DNA of 64,000 nucleotides from Octopus sinensis (lineage: Eukaryota). The stretch is from contig NC_042997.1 of the NCBI RefSeq assembly GCF_006345805.1, positions 153,698,001 through 153,762,000 of the forward strand, in the 5' to 3' direction. Positions 11,657 through 25,100 of the stretch are shown piece by piece. The notes under the pieces are model-generated. The model saw only the letters and a list, made by a program, of their open reading frames with translations, searched no databases and was not told where the DNA came from. The position numbers and the translations under genes were made by a program. Every line of letters starts with the position of its first letter. The stretch's first letter is position 1.

Positions 11657-14600
11657 TGAATATTGAATGAATACATTCACCAATTTCATCCACACTGATT
11701 CCATACATATAAGAGTTGCCAATTGGAATTGCTGAAAAATAAAGAACCTTATTAGCTTATGACTGAATCCAAAATTTAAAACAAAATGTACAGAATTGTA
11801 ATTTAAAAACCAAAAGGGAAAATATAAACAGGTGTTACACACTAGATATTTATTACCAAGTAACAGAGTTAATACCCAGAGCATTACTGTCTCAAGCCCT
11901 AGGGCACATGAGGCTAGTTTCCGGGCCCAAAGTTCTAAGTTAGTGTCATTAATATTCTTGTTTAAGAACTATAAATTTCGGATTAAAGTAAAATTGTTTT
12001 TATTATAACTGATCAGGAAGACAAACACTGGCCATGCTGGGGCACCATTTTGAAGAATTATTAATCCAATGAATTGATCCAGTACTTTGTTTTTTAAAAG
12101 CCTTGTACTTATTCAATCAGCCTCTTTTGTTGCATTGCTATGAGGTGGTATCAAAAAGTTACTGGACTAGTTCTATAGCATGCCAACAGGTGGCAGCACA
12201 TGGTTGCGTGCGCAGTGAGAGCTAGTAGTGTACCGAGTGACATCATTGTGTTTACTTTGCAAGTTGTGAAACTTGTGTTTTTGTAATCACGTGTATACTG
12301 TAGTCTGCGATTTTGTCATGGATAGGAAGTTGGAGCAAAGAGCCAACATGAAATTTGGCATTAAATTGGCAAAGTCTGTTTAAAATACATTGAGCATGCT
12401 TTGGCAAGGTTATGGTAATGAGTTGTATGGGCACTTTAAAAGTGAAAGTATGTCCCTGGGAGACGATGAGCGAGCTGGAAGACCTGCCACAAGCGTTACC
12501 CATTGAAATGTGGAGAATATTTGACAGTTTGTGCATTAGGATTGTTGGAAGGTGATCAATGACATTGCTGGTGTTGGTCTAAATTAAGCATGTGATGAGT
12601 CTCTATCAAGTTTGTTGCCCTCCTGCTGACTACTGAGCAGAAAGAACATTGTGTCGAAGTCTGTCAAGATTGCTGTCAGTATGCTGCTGATGAACAAGCC
12701 TTCATGTCAACGGTCATCACAGGTGATGAGAGTCGGGCCCTGAGATGGAGCAGCAGTAGTCATAATGGAAGAGCCCTCCATTTCCACAACTGAAGAAGGC
12801 ACAACAGAACTGCAGCTCAATCAGGAGCCTGCTCTTCGCTTTTTTTTTTTTTTTTGAGTAGGAGTGGCTGTGTGGTAAGTAGCTTGCTAACGAACCACAT
12901 GGTTCCAGGTTCAGTCCTACTGCATGGCATCTTGGGCAAGTGTCTTCTACTATAACCTTGGGCCGACCAAAGCCTTGTGAGTGGTTTTGGTAGACGGAAA
13001 ACCGAAAGTAGCCCATCGTATATATGTATGTGTGTGTCTGTGTTTGTTCCCCCGCACCAACATCGCTTGACAACTGATGCTGGCGTGTTTACATTCCCGT
13101 AACTTAGTGGTTCGGCAAAAGAGACCGATAGAATAAGTACTAGGCTTACAAAGAATAAATCTTGGGGTCGATTTGCTCGACTAAAAGGCAGTGCTCCAGC
13201 ATGGCCACAGTCAAATGAGTGAAACAAATAAAAGAGTAAAGAGAGTATCCATGGTAGTGTGCATTGAGAATTCGTCTCCCAGGGCCAGACTGTCAATTGA
13301 GACTTCCACTGCAACATTTTGAAGTGTTTGAAGGAGGACATTTGGTGACAATGCACCTTGCTACTAACTTCTTCTCACTCGTTTCTCATAATTTTGCAAT
13401 TCTTTAAATAAATCAACTTTACGCAACTGTGCAACTCTGTTTCCATGTGTGTCTATCTTATATCTTTATCAATCTATCTATCTAAACTAGCAACATGACC
13501 ATACCCAAAATACAACAATATCTATCTATCTTTATCTGTTTATCTTCTCTATCTTCCATTCTGTTAGTATTGTGATATCAAGCTTGCTTCATCATATAGA
13601 ACAAATTTATTAGACAAATGTTTTAAGTATGCACATGTATATATAAGTCTCTATGAATCTGTTTTCTCTTGTAACACAAACACACATGAGCAAACAATAT
13701 GTTCTGTTGATGTATAAGCATGCTTTCATTTGTATGTAAAAGCAGGTAAGCGCTATGTGCGTCTTATAAATTATTCGAATGTATGTTATGTCTATGCCAC
13801 CTGCACACTGAGTCAAATTTAAGGATAATTCTACCCAATACACTTTTACTGCATTTCTTGCTTAAAACAACATGGTATTGCTTCTGCACCAACCCTATTT
13901 GCCAGATTTAGCACCTGAGGACTTCCATTACTTCCCCAAGAGGAAAATACAGCTCAAAGGTCATGGTTTTAACATCATTAATGTGATCAAAAGCGAATCA
14001 CAGAAGGTTCTTGACATGGAAAATGACTTCCAGGCCAGATTCCAAAAATGGCAAGAAGGCTAGGACAGGTGTATTGTGTAAGGTGACTATTTTGAAGGAG
14101 ATTAGGTTAAAACTTAGGTAAATAAGTTATTTTTTATTAAACATAACTAGTCTGGGAATTTTTTGATAATACCTCATAAGTTATGTGGACATAAACACAC
14201 CAACGCTGGTTGTCAAGTGATGGTGTGGGACAAACACAGATGCAAAGACACACATACAGAGGTAGATCCAGGAAGACAAGGTAGTGAAGCATGATCTTTG
14301 AATGTTGGGCCTCATGAGGCGATGACAAGTGACCATGACTTGTGCTTGGGAAGTCTCGTCAAGCCAAGTGAAATTGTAGTTGTGGACATTGGCTGTGTCA
14401 TGCCAATGGCACTTGTGAAATTGTAATCATGACCAATATTAGAAGCATGATCTTCAAATGGTGAGAGTCATAGAGGCGATGACAAGAGATTGAGACTGCA
14501 ATATGCTATGCTGAGAAGACTCATTAAGCAAAATGAAATCATAATTGTGGCCACTGCCTGTTAAGCCAAGTGAAATTGTAGTCATGGCTGTTGAAGGTGT

Positions 14601-14821
14601 CATGTAAATAGCACCTGTACTGGTGGCACATAAAAAGCACCCATTACACTCTTTGAGTGGATGGCATTAGGAAGGGCATTCAGCCATAGAAACCAAACCA
14701 AATCAGGCTAGAACCTGGTGTGGCTTTCCGGTTTACCAGTCCCAGTCAAACTATCTAACCCATGCCAGCATGGAAAGTGGATGTTAAATGATGATGATGA
14801 ATGTATGTATGTGTATATATG

Positions 14822-14852
<31 letters not shown>

Positions 14853-17800
14853 GTATGTAAGTATGTATGTATGTATATATATATGCACAATGGTCTTCTT
14901 TCATTTCCTGTCTACCAAATCCACTCACAAGGCTTAAGTCAGCCCAAGGCTATGGTAGAAGACACTTGCTTGAGGTGCCACACAATGGAACTGAACCATG
15001 TGGTTGGGAAGATCAAGACATCTTTTTCAATGTTGTTTCTCCATGCATAATATAACAGTTATTTCACTTTCCTATGCGGCTCTTTTTTAAAGCAACAGAG
15101 TGTAATTTGAGGGAGATTTGGCTATTGTTTCTAACAGGTTGATTGAACAACCCCACCCCTACTTTATTAGCTTGATAACTTTAAATCAACTAGGGATTTG
15201 GGGTTATTTTTGAGAAGTCTATATATATAGCTTTATATAGGACTATTTAATACTCTGTGTCAGGAAGGTATTCACTGCTACAGGAAAACCTTTTTACAAA
15301 TTATTTTTTTACAGTTCCATCAGGGGAGAATCATTTCAGCATTCTCTTTTCATTTATTTCTCCACACCCAATTGTTAAAAAGTTCTACTGTAATTTTTAT
15401 GCCTGGGTCATTTACAAAGAGATGTAGTAGAAGTGTCAGCATCCTGGTTACAAAAGCGAGACAGAAGTTTTTGATACTTCACAGCAGACAATATGATTAA
15501 GAAAAAAATGAAAATCATACAACAGTTTTTGTCTGTTCTCAAATGATTGCAACAATTGTTTTGCAATGTAACTGTTTCAGTTTGTCATACAGGTAGCCTA
15601 ATTTTTCCCAATATTTTACGAGAACATGTCTGGCAATGAGGAAATATTGTCTTGCTTGGAAACAGGTGAAGGTTGGTCACAGAATGGATATTTAGATGTA
15701 GAAAATCTGTTTCAATAAACTTCATCCCACCCATGTAAGCATGAAGAGGTGGAGATTAAAGACGATGGTATTGTTGGGAAAAACATGACTGTCCAGTTAT
15801 TACTTCAAATCAGTCATAGCCAAGAGAAGCTGAGCTGTAAAGTCATGGGGAATGATGGCTTTAAAGACAAGCAACGAAAGAATTGGGAGATCAATAGAAA
15901 CACCAATATATTTAAAGACATGGAAAAGAGAAACCATGAGCTATAAGATATGGAATCTTTTGTTAATGACGTTCAGAACTGTAAAATAGACTTATGTTAA
16001 AATTCGACAGCCAAAGCTATTAGTTGCAATTGTGTATATTGGAGAAGAGGGAAGAGAAAAATTTTACAATCTACATTTCACTTGTGTTTACCATTGCAGT
16101 TAATGACATTGGCCAGGTTTGAAATCCAGTGCTTTTTTAGGTTGTGAGGAAGAACAAGTTATATGTTACACAACAAGTGATAGAGCAATCTTTTATATGA
16201 GCTTCTGTTGGGTAAATATCTACACTGGTACCACCTGACGACCAACAGAGGGGTACACGACAAGTCTTTGTTATTCTCAAACCTGGTAGCTAGCTTGAAT
16301 GTTTGCAATAAGGTGAAATCTGTGATGGGTGCCTGAGGGTTGAGAGGTAGTATTAACCCTTCAGTGTTCAGATTACTCGGGCAAATGTAATGCTTATTTA
16401 TTCACGTTGATGTTTTTAGAATGATATTGTAGGATAGGTGAGAGAAGCGAGATCTGACCAGTTTGTCCATAAAGCAGGAAGAATATTTGGGCTAGATATG
16501 GCAAGCTTAAATGACCTTAGACAATAAGTAAACATATTGAGTGATACAAATCTTTATACCATATGGCTGGATGTATAATCTTATGAGTTAACCTTTAGAA
16601 TTCTCTGAAGAACCAATACCATTTACACTTTTTAATATACAGGCTTGTGTGAGGAGGTCCATCAGTTCATGGAAACAGCAACAATTACATGGTGATTATA
16701 TAAATATAATAAAATACAAAACAAGAATAAAGAATTTTATAGCTGATAGGTTTTGGTTACTTACATAGTTTATACTTATTTTCTGATATTTTCTGTGGAG
16801 GAGTATTTTCATAAAGATTTTCATAATACCATGGTAGTCGTATAATGGTGTACTTATTAACTCCGCTATTTTTTACATATTCTTCAACTTCAGCTTTGCC
16901 ATCAAAGTGATTGCACACTAGGCCACTGATGCGAACTGCACTTTCTAAACCACTGTAGACAACGTGGTTAACTTTTAGTTCACAACATGTGTTTATAATG
17001 TTCTTCCCCTGCAAAGAGTAACAATGAATTATAGAATAGATTTCTCTCGTTGTATCTTCATATATACATGAAACCATGGAAAAGTTAAATGCAAAATGTT
17101 TCTGAAAAATTTACTCATGAAATATTTAACATACAAAAGACAATCATCATCATTTAATGTCTGCTTTTTCCAGGGTTGCATAGGGCAGATGGAAATTGTT
17201 GAGACAGATTTTCTATAGCTGGATGCCCTTTCTGTTGCCAACCCTCACCTGTTTCCAGGCAAGATAACCAGACATGGTTTTCATGGAACACTGGAAACAA
17301 GCACCATAACTTGTATGATGGTGATGCTAATATATAATAATCATGTGATGTCAATACAAGGGTACATACAAATACATATATATATAAATATATATATATT
17401 GTGTGAATGTTTATGTCTGTGTTTGTGTGTGTTTCTATGTACTTGTCTTGACATGTGAGATATATGACAAGCGTCTTCTTTCTGTCTACCATATCCACTT
17501 ATGAGGCTTTGGCTGACCCGTGGGTATAGTGGAAGACATTACTCCAGGTGCCACACAGGGGCATTGAACTCAAGATGACAAGGTTAGGAAGCAAGCTTCT
17601 TAACCACACAGCTACATCTGTGCTGCAAGGCAAAGTTAAATGCAAAAGGTTTTTGAATATTTTTGCATCAAATATTTGAGACATAAAATTTCTTCAAATA
17701 TAAGCAGCTGTTATCTTTTACCTTTTACTTGTTTCAGTCATTATATTGTGGCCATGCTGGGGCATCTCCTTGAAGAATTTTAGTTCGAAGAATTGACTCC

Positions 17801-19428
17801 AGTGCTTGTTTTTTTTTTTGGAAGCCTGGTACTTATTCTATTGGTCTCTATTGCTAAGCTACTAAGTTATGAAGGCATAAACACACCATGGAGGGAGCAA
17901 ACAAAGACATATGCATGCACACACACACATACAATGCGCTTCTTTCAGTTTCTGTCAACCAAATCCACTCACAAGGATCTGGTTGGCCCAAGGCTCTAGT
18001 AAAATACACTTGCCCAAGGTGCCGTGCAGCAGAACTGGTTGAAAAGTATTCTCCCTATCATTAACCAATTGAATCCAATAATTATAATTTTCAACTCCAA
18101 GAAAAACTTCTCCCAAAGGATGACTTAATACCATACAGTATTTTTACAGTCCAGTTCTAGGTCAGCCCCTTTAGAATGGATCTGTAATCAAAAGGTGTTC
18201 AGTCAGTGACCATAGTAACTTTCATCCATGCGTTATAATATCATATGGTCGAATGTTTCCTTATTACTTATTATTAAGACAGCAGATGTGAAGTGAAGGA
18301 CATCTGGGTGATATTTCTAGCTGGTTTGAGTGACTACATAAAAGCTCCCACATACGCTTGTATTATGCAATGCTTTCAACAACACTGATCCTCAACAAAA
18401 TGAAAGGAGGAGAACTGTATACATAGAGGAAAAGTTGATATTGCTTACTTGTTGCACTTCACAAGATTTATCCATTGTTTCAAAGTAATCTGTGACAGCA
18501 AAACACCCCCATGCTCCTTTTAGACAGTCTCTGATCAGGTCACATTCTTCATAATCTCCTCGACTACTTCACAACCTGTGAACACATGCAAAAAAGGGAA
18601 AATATTTAAGCTTTTGGCATTCTGATAACTCTCAAATGTAAAGCTAATTTATTCACATTGTTTTGAATTAGTCATGCATCATCTCATAGCTTCAAGATTT
18701 CAGCAGAATTGGAGAAGAAATTCCAGGTATGGAAACAAAATCTGGAATCAAACGGCCTTAAAGTTAACCTAGTGAAGACCAAAGTTGTTGTAACTAAGAA
18801 AGAAGATAAAACTCTTTTTCTCTCAGGTAAATGGCTCTCCTGAATATGTTGGAAAGGAGTTGGAAGAAATTCCACTCGCTGAACCCAGTATAAACTATGG
18901 ACATGAGGTGCAGTGGAATCATAGGTAGATTAACAGATAAGTCGTCTTAATGCCCGGGAGGCTCTCTTCAGGTTGTAAATCGTTTTTCTTACCTAGGTGA
19001 CCAAATTAGCAATGGTGGAGGATGCTCTGAAGGTATTGTTTCTAGAATAAGAATTGGGCGGAGGAAGTTCAGAGAACTATTACTTCTGTTAGCAACAAAA
19101 GGACTTTCTCTCAGAGCGAAAGGTAGACTATATGATGCTTGTATGCAAATGGCTATACTCCATGGTAGTGAGACATGGGCTCTGAATGCAGAAGACATGC
19201 GTAAACTAGAGAGAGAGAGATGAAGGTAGTATGTTCCATTGGATGTACAACATCAGTGCATATGTACAACAAAGTGCAAATGTATTGAGAGAAAAGTTGG
19301 GCATAAGAGGAATCAAATGTAGCATGCAAGAGAAAAGACTATGTTGGTTTGGGTATGTGATGTGTATGAATGAGGACAGCTGCATAAAGAAGTGCTGATC
19401 ACTGAAAGTGGATGGTATCTGCAGAAGA
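11657..19428 (-). pseudogene. Inverted partial duplicate of NMRAL1 (part of intron 1, exon 2, exon 3, first 75 nt of exon 4)
   Basis: Reverse complement of 24033-29075. Exon 2' 18449-18575 is 127 nt versus 128 (1-nt deletion, gtcgaaggag to gtcgaggag, frameshift). Exon 3' 16765-17008 is open (VCD to VCN). Exon 4' 11657-11731 is truncated. No exon 1 or 5. Confidence 0.9.
12141..14176 (+). mobile_element. Decayed mariner element with nested SINE
   Basis: TIRs tgaggtggtatcaaaaagttactggactagtt / aactagtctgggaattttttgataatacctca, TA on both flanks. Fragments EQRANMKF, TGDES, HQPYLPDLAPEDF. Confidence 0.8.
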
Positions 19429-19880
19429 TATCTGCGTCTGTATGATGGATACCCATCAGCACCTGTGTGAGTTTCTTGTAGGAATCTCCTTGGAAATCTT
19501 TTTGAACATATGCTGTCCTTCAAGCATGGTGAGTTTATGTTGAATCCACGCCCATATGGACCATGTACCATGTTTGCTTTAACTATTTTGTATAGTTCTT
19601 TGTCTAAAGCTGGATCAGGAAGCTCTACAGAGATTATGCTGTCGATGTCATTGGAATTGATCTTCGCTGAGAGCCAAAGCAGGATATGAGCATGTGGAAG
19701 GCCCATTTTTTCCCACTCGATTGTGTACATGTCACATTGTATGGGCCCAAAGACTTTCCCTTTTTGTATGAGCTCCATGAGAGAGATTAACTTCAGATGG
19801 AAAACTCGGGCTTTGAGATTCCGGTTCGAATGTAAGGCAGGTTTGAAAGTGTTCCCAACAGTTATTAGTTGTAGTGATAG
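19429..19880 (-). mobile_element. Helitron Rep (HUH endonuclease) fragment
   Basis: ORF 19206-20060 contains ARVFHLKL...KGKVFG...YTIEWEKMGLPHAHILLWL...ELPDP...MVHGP..CSKRFPR...DGYPSYRRR. It ends at the duplication breakpoint. Confidence 0.9.
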
Positions 19881-20899
19881 AGTGTTTATGCCGAATATGT
19901 ACGTATGCATGTATATATATGTATGTATGCCTGTATATATGTACAAAATCCACTGAGAAGGCTTTTGTTGGTCTGAGGCTACAGCAGAAGACACATGCCA
20001 AGTCACCACACAATAGGACTGAACCCAGAACCATGTGTTTGGAACGTAGTTTGTTACCACACAGCCACACCTGCCCCAATGTATGTGTGTGTGTGTGTAT
20101 GGGTAGATACATTATGTATGTATATATGTGTATATATATGTGTACATATTACATGTACATCTATATATATACATCTACACATAAAATACAAAATACAAAG
20201 TTATATCTTGATATCGCAAGTGATAACAATACTCAAAATATATAACACACTGGAATTGTAGGCCCATCTCTCGCAATTTCGATCAATTGGATCTTGTCCT
20301 CCCTCTTGTATAGAAGTGTACGGCTGCAGCGAAATTCATTCTATCAAAGGCATTTTAACAAAAATGCTTCCGTAAAGACGGTGAAAATATTGTCAATTTC
20401 CCCAAACAGGGACAATTCAATTTTTAAACAATAACCAAAGCCTCTTCTCCGAAAAGGGGAGGGTTACGGTTTACAATTATTTAGCAAATGCAACACAACA
20501 ACGTTTCCCTGACGAGGAACCAACAAACGTGATTACAATAGTCAAACAGTAATAATAATAACAAACCTTTTTAATTTATCCCCATTTATGTGAAACCACT
20601 TATTCAAGTTCAAGTCATTGATGCAATTTTATATGAATTGCTAATACACACACACACACACACACATAATAAGGGTGAAAAATTGAATATTAATTTGATT
20701 AATATGAATTGAAAACCAGTGGTGTAGCATATAAGACCATAGCAGATCTTCTGCTAGCAAAATGGATGACCATTGTTAATGGTTCATCCCTGTTATATAA
20801 TACTTTCACTTTAATAGTAAAAGTGTCTGCATTACAAAAGAGAGATGTTTTTGTTTCACTTTTAACACGTAATACTGAAATAGTGGAGAAGATATGATA

Positions 20900-21074
20900 T
20901 TGCTGTGGGGTCGCCCTAGGGAAAAAGTTAAGTTTTTTTTGCTGATGACACTCCCCGGACCTTAGGTAAGACATGTGTAAAATTTGAATGAAATTGGTTG
21001 TGTAGTTCTCAAGTTTTAGGGAAACACACAGACAGACAGACAGACACACATTCTCAGTTTTATATATAGAGAGA
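20900..21074 (-). mobile_element. Helitron-type 5' terminus
   Basis: Minus strand a|TCTCTCTATATATAAAACTGAGAATGTGTGTCTGTCTGTC: the A|TC start plus short microsatellite typical of animal Helitron 5' ends. Confidence 0.6.
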
Positions 21075-21110
21075 TTATTTCACTAATGAAATATGCTATC
21101 CGAAACTGAG

Positions 21111-21503
21111 CAGGAGTGGCTGTGTGGTAAGTAGCTTGCTAACCAACCACATGGTTCTGGGTTCAGTCCCACTTCGTGGCATCTTGGGCAAGTGTCTTCT
21201 GCTATAGCCTCGGGCCGACCAATGCCTTGTGAGTGGATTTGGTAGACGGAATTTGAAAGAAGCCTGTCGTATATATATGTATGTTTGTGTGTTTGTGTGT
21301 CTGTGTTTGTTCCCCTAGCATTGCTTGACAACCGATGCTGGTGTGTTTACGTCCCCGTCACTTAGCGGTTCGGCAAAAAGAGACCGATAGAATAAGTACT
21401 GGGCTTACAAAAAGAATAAGTCCCGTGGTCGATTGCTCGACTAAAAGGCGGTGCTCCAGCATGGCCGCAGTCAAATGACTGAAACAAGTAAAAGAGTAAA
21501 GGA
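21111..21503 (+). repeat. tRNA-derived SINE family B (CORE-type)
   Basis: ggagtggctgtgtggtaag...gggttcagtccc...cttgggcaagtgtcttc...gactgaaacaagtaaaagag. Copies at 983-1337 (-), 12857-13243, 29617-30003, 63522-63858, 62000-62620 (-), 63030-63300 (-) and more. Confidence 0.85.
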
Positions 21504-22136
21504 GTAAAGTGTCTGAAGTAGCTAAATATATAGGCTAAGTCTTCTATCGCTTTCGGTAAATTAAATTCAATGCAAAGGTCTTCCTGAAAGACCGTTATAT
21601 GGAGTTTAATTAGGAAGCCATTAAAATAAGCAAAGTTTTCCTTTATTAGAATTCTACTCACGACCAGAATGCATTATGGAAGGTCAGATTGATCCTGTAA
21701 TTTGACAGGTCAAATATTTTATGCTTAATTATTAATGATTACAGGCAAAGTAAATTTCGGCAGGATTTCAGCTACATTTTATATTGTGTACAAAATTTTA
21801 TGAGAATAAAATCATTTTCAAGATTTTATTGAGTAATAATTTTTTTTTTAAATTAATTGATTTTTTTAATTTTAAAGAAATGATTTAAGCGTTCTCATAA
21901 TGTTTTAACTATATCAAAGGGAGACTACTGATAAAGCACTTGCTAATCGTCAACTGTCACTTCGCCACCGCTCATAGTGTTTTCATTTAAAATATTCCTT
22001 AAGCGGCTCATTCCAGCGTGTGTGTGTGTGTTTTTATCTTTTTTTGAATGCTAATAAACATTTGAAAATTGCACTTATTTATATCAACATACCACTTATT
22101 TGAGTTGTAAAAATTCCACCCAAAAATATCAAAATT

Positions 22137-25100
22137 ATGGCGGAGGAAGCTGAGAAAGAACCTGAGACAGCAGAACCCGAGACAGAATCAGAAAATGAGA
22201 CAAAAATTATAACAGTTTTTGGTGCCACTGGTATGCAAGGTGGATCTGTTGTTAGAGCCCTGTGCCAAGAAAGTTCAAAGTTTAAAGTAAGAGCAGTAAC
22301 AAGACATCCAGACGGAGAAAGAGCCCAAGAATTAAAAGAGTTAGGTACGTTATTGTATTTCATTTCGATAAATTTTCGACCAAATTTAATGTGTATATTT
22401 GAAACAAGCTGTTCAGTTTTTTTTTTTAATTTCGTATCTTTAACTAAATTCGAATAATGGGAAAATGTAGTCAAAATACTTCTTACATATATCAGAAAAG
22501 ACTGAACTTTAAATTTTTATAAAGTTTTAAAGGGTAATAAATAACTGAACGAAAAACATTGATGTTGCAAATGAAATTTTAAATCTATTTACACTAAAAC
22601 CGTTCTTTGTTTCCTGCAATATCTTTATTCGGGATATTCTTAATATTAAAGAACACAGAATAACGTCATTCATCACTAGACAGAAAAACAAAAGCTTTTA
22701 ATTATTAATTTGAGATATGTGAATGTTTACCACTCTATAATTATTGTAGAATATTGTGCAATTTATATACAGTTTCAAAGTTACATATTTTAATTTTTTT
22801 TTCTCGTCCAAGTTTTACATTTTCCTCGCTTTTTTTTATTTACCACGATAAATAAATATTTTGATACAGGGGATACAAATCTGGTGAAAATGGTTTACAA
22901 GTGCGAGTTAGCTTGTCAGTAGAGATATATCGACTTCTAACGGAAGGCTCAATGCCACAAATGTTATACGTAAAAAAGCAATCAATTAAATATGACCCAA
23001 AAGTTGACTAGTATTTGTTTTATCGACCTCAGAAGTATAAAGAACGGAGTCGACCTTGGCGGGAATTGAATTTGAGCGTAAAAGGAAAGTAAACAATCGT
23101 TTCTGTGGCACATTTCCCTAATCAGGATTTGTTTTAGGAAGATAAATATTGAATGTTTTAGATATTTCCCTAAATCTCAGTTCCTATGTTCATAATAAGT
23201 TGATAATTAAATATTATTTCCATTTATTTTATCTATTAATTAATACCATATAACTCAGGACAACCTTCCCCGTGATCGGCGATTGAGCTGGGTTATCCTA
23301 CCCTATTCGCTTAGTAAGGAGAGGTGTGACAATGAAACCTGTCTAACGGGCAAAATCCCTCGAACAGAGACACCCAACGGCCCACCATGTTTGGGGTGGG
23401 GGACACTACATGATGATGCAGATAAATTATTTAAGAGAGGGGACATTGGAGGATGTGATCTTGTGTCAGATGATGAAAGGTTATAGTGAGGCAGAGAGAC
23501 AGAAACAGGTGTCTTGCTGTAGAGGTGGTACAAAGTTACCCCGCCGGAGAGAGAGAGAGAGATCAGGGATGAAGGCAGAAACAGGTGCGCTGCTGCTAAG
23601 GAAATACATGGTTACCTAACCAGAGGAACGTTCAGGAGAAGGAGAGAGAGGGAGACAGCAGGATAGAGATGGTGGCAAAGTGCTGGGAATACACAATGAT
23701 ACAGTAAGACAGAGCATGGGTAGAACAGGTCGGAAGCTTGCAGATAGCAGTGATACAATTGCACAGAGCCAAGAGGACAGGATAGGGGAGTGGGAAGTAA
23801 GCTGAGCGCATGAAGTGGAAATGTGAGGAAAAGAAGAGATGTAGTTTGTAGTGTGTGAGAAATTTTCTTAAGTGTGTATGGGACACACAGGACTTCTAGA
23901 ACTCAGTTTCACTGACGTGGATGGGTTTTCTCAAGAACTTCAGGTGTCTTCGTTTATTGTCATTTCCTCCGTGAGGCCCGATATCCAGAGATCAGTCCTT
24001 ACTACTTCATCGCATGTCTTCCTGAGCCTCCCTCTTCTGCAAATACCATCCACTTTCAGTGATCAGCACTTCTTTATGCAGCTGTCCTCATTCATACACC
24101 TCACATGTCCAAACCAACATAGTTTTCTCTCTTGCATGCTACATTTGATTCCTCTTATGCCCAACTTTTTTCTCAATACATTTGCACTTTGTTGTACATA
24201 CGCACTGATGTTGTACATCCAATGGAGCATACTACCTTCATCTCTCTCTCTCTCTAGTCTACGCATGTCTTCTGCATTCAGAGCCCATGTCTCACTACTA
24301 TGGAGTATAGCCATTTGCATACAAGCATCATATAGTCTACCTTTCACTCTGAGAGAAAGTCCTTTTGTTGCTAACAGAAGTAACAGATCTCTGAACTTCC
24401 TCCACCACCCAATTCTTATTCTAGAAACAATACCTTCAGAGCATCCTCCACCATTGCTAATTTGGTCACCTAGGTAAGAGAAACGATTTACAACTTGCAG
24501 AGAGCCTCCTGGGCATTAAGACGACTTATCTGTTAAACTACCTATGATTCCACTGCACCTCATGTCCATAGTTTATACTGGGTTCAGTGAGTGGAATTTC
24601 TTCCAACTCCTTTCCAACATATTCAGCAGAGCCATTTACCTGACAGAAAAAGAGTTTTATCTTCTTTCTTAGTTACAACAACTTTGGTCTTCACTAGGTT
24701 AACTTTAAGGCCCTTTGATTCCAGATTTTGTTTCCATACCTGGAATTTCTTCTCCAATTCTGCTGAAATCTTGAAGCTATGAGATGATGCATGACTAATT
24801 GAAAACAATGTGAATAAATTAGCCTTACATTTGAGAGTTATCAGAATGCCAAAAGCTTAAATATTTTCCCTTTTTTGCATGTGTTCACAGGTTGTGAAGT
24901 AGTCGAAGGAGATTATGAAGAATGTGACCTGATCAGAGACTGTCTAAAAGGAGCATGGGGATGTTTTGCTGTCACAGATTACTTTGAAACAATGGATAAA
25001 TCTTGTGAAGTGCAACAAGTAAGCAATATCAACTTTTCCTCTATGTATACAGTTCTCCTCCTTTCATTTTGCTGAGGATCAGTGTTGTTGAAAGCATTGC

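Noticed and set aside
19206-20060. 284-aa ORF as a real gene
   Set aside because: Chimera of SINE, Helitron Rep and antisense RTE; lacks the catalytic Tyr motif of Rep. Kept only as evidence for the junction.
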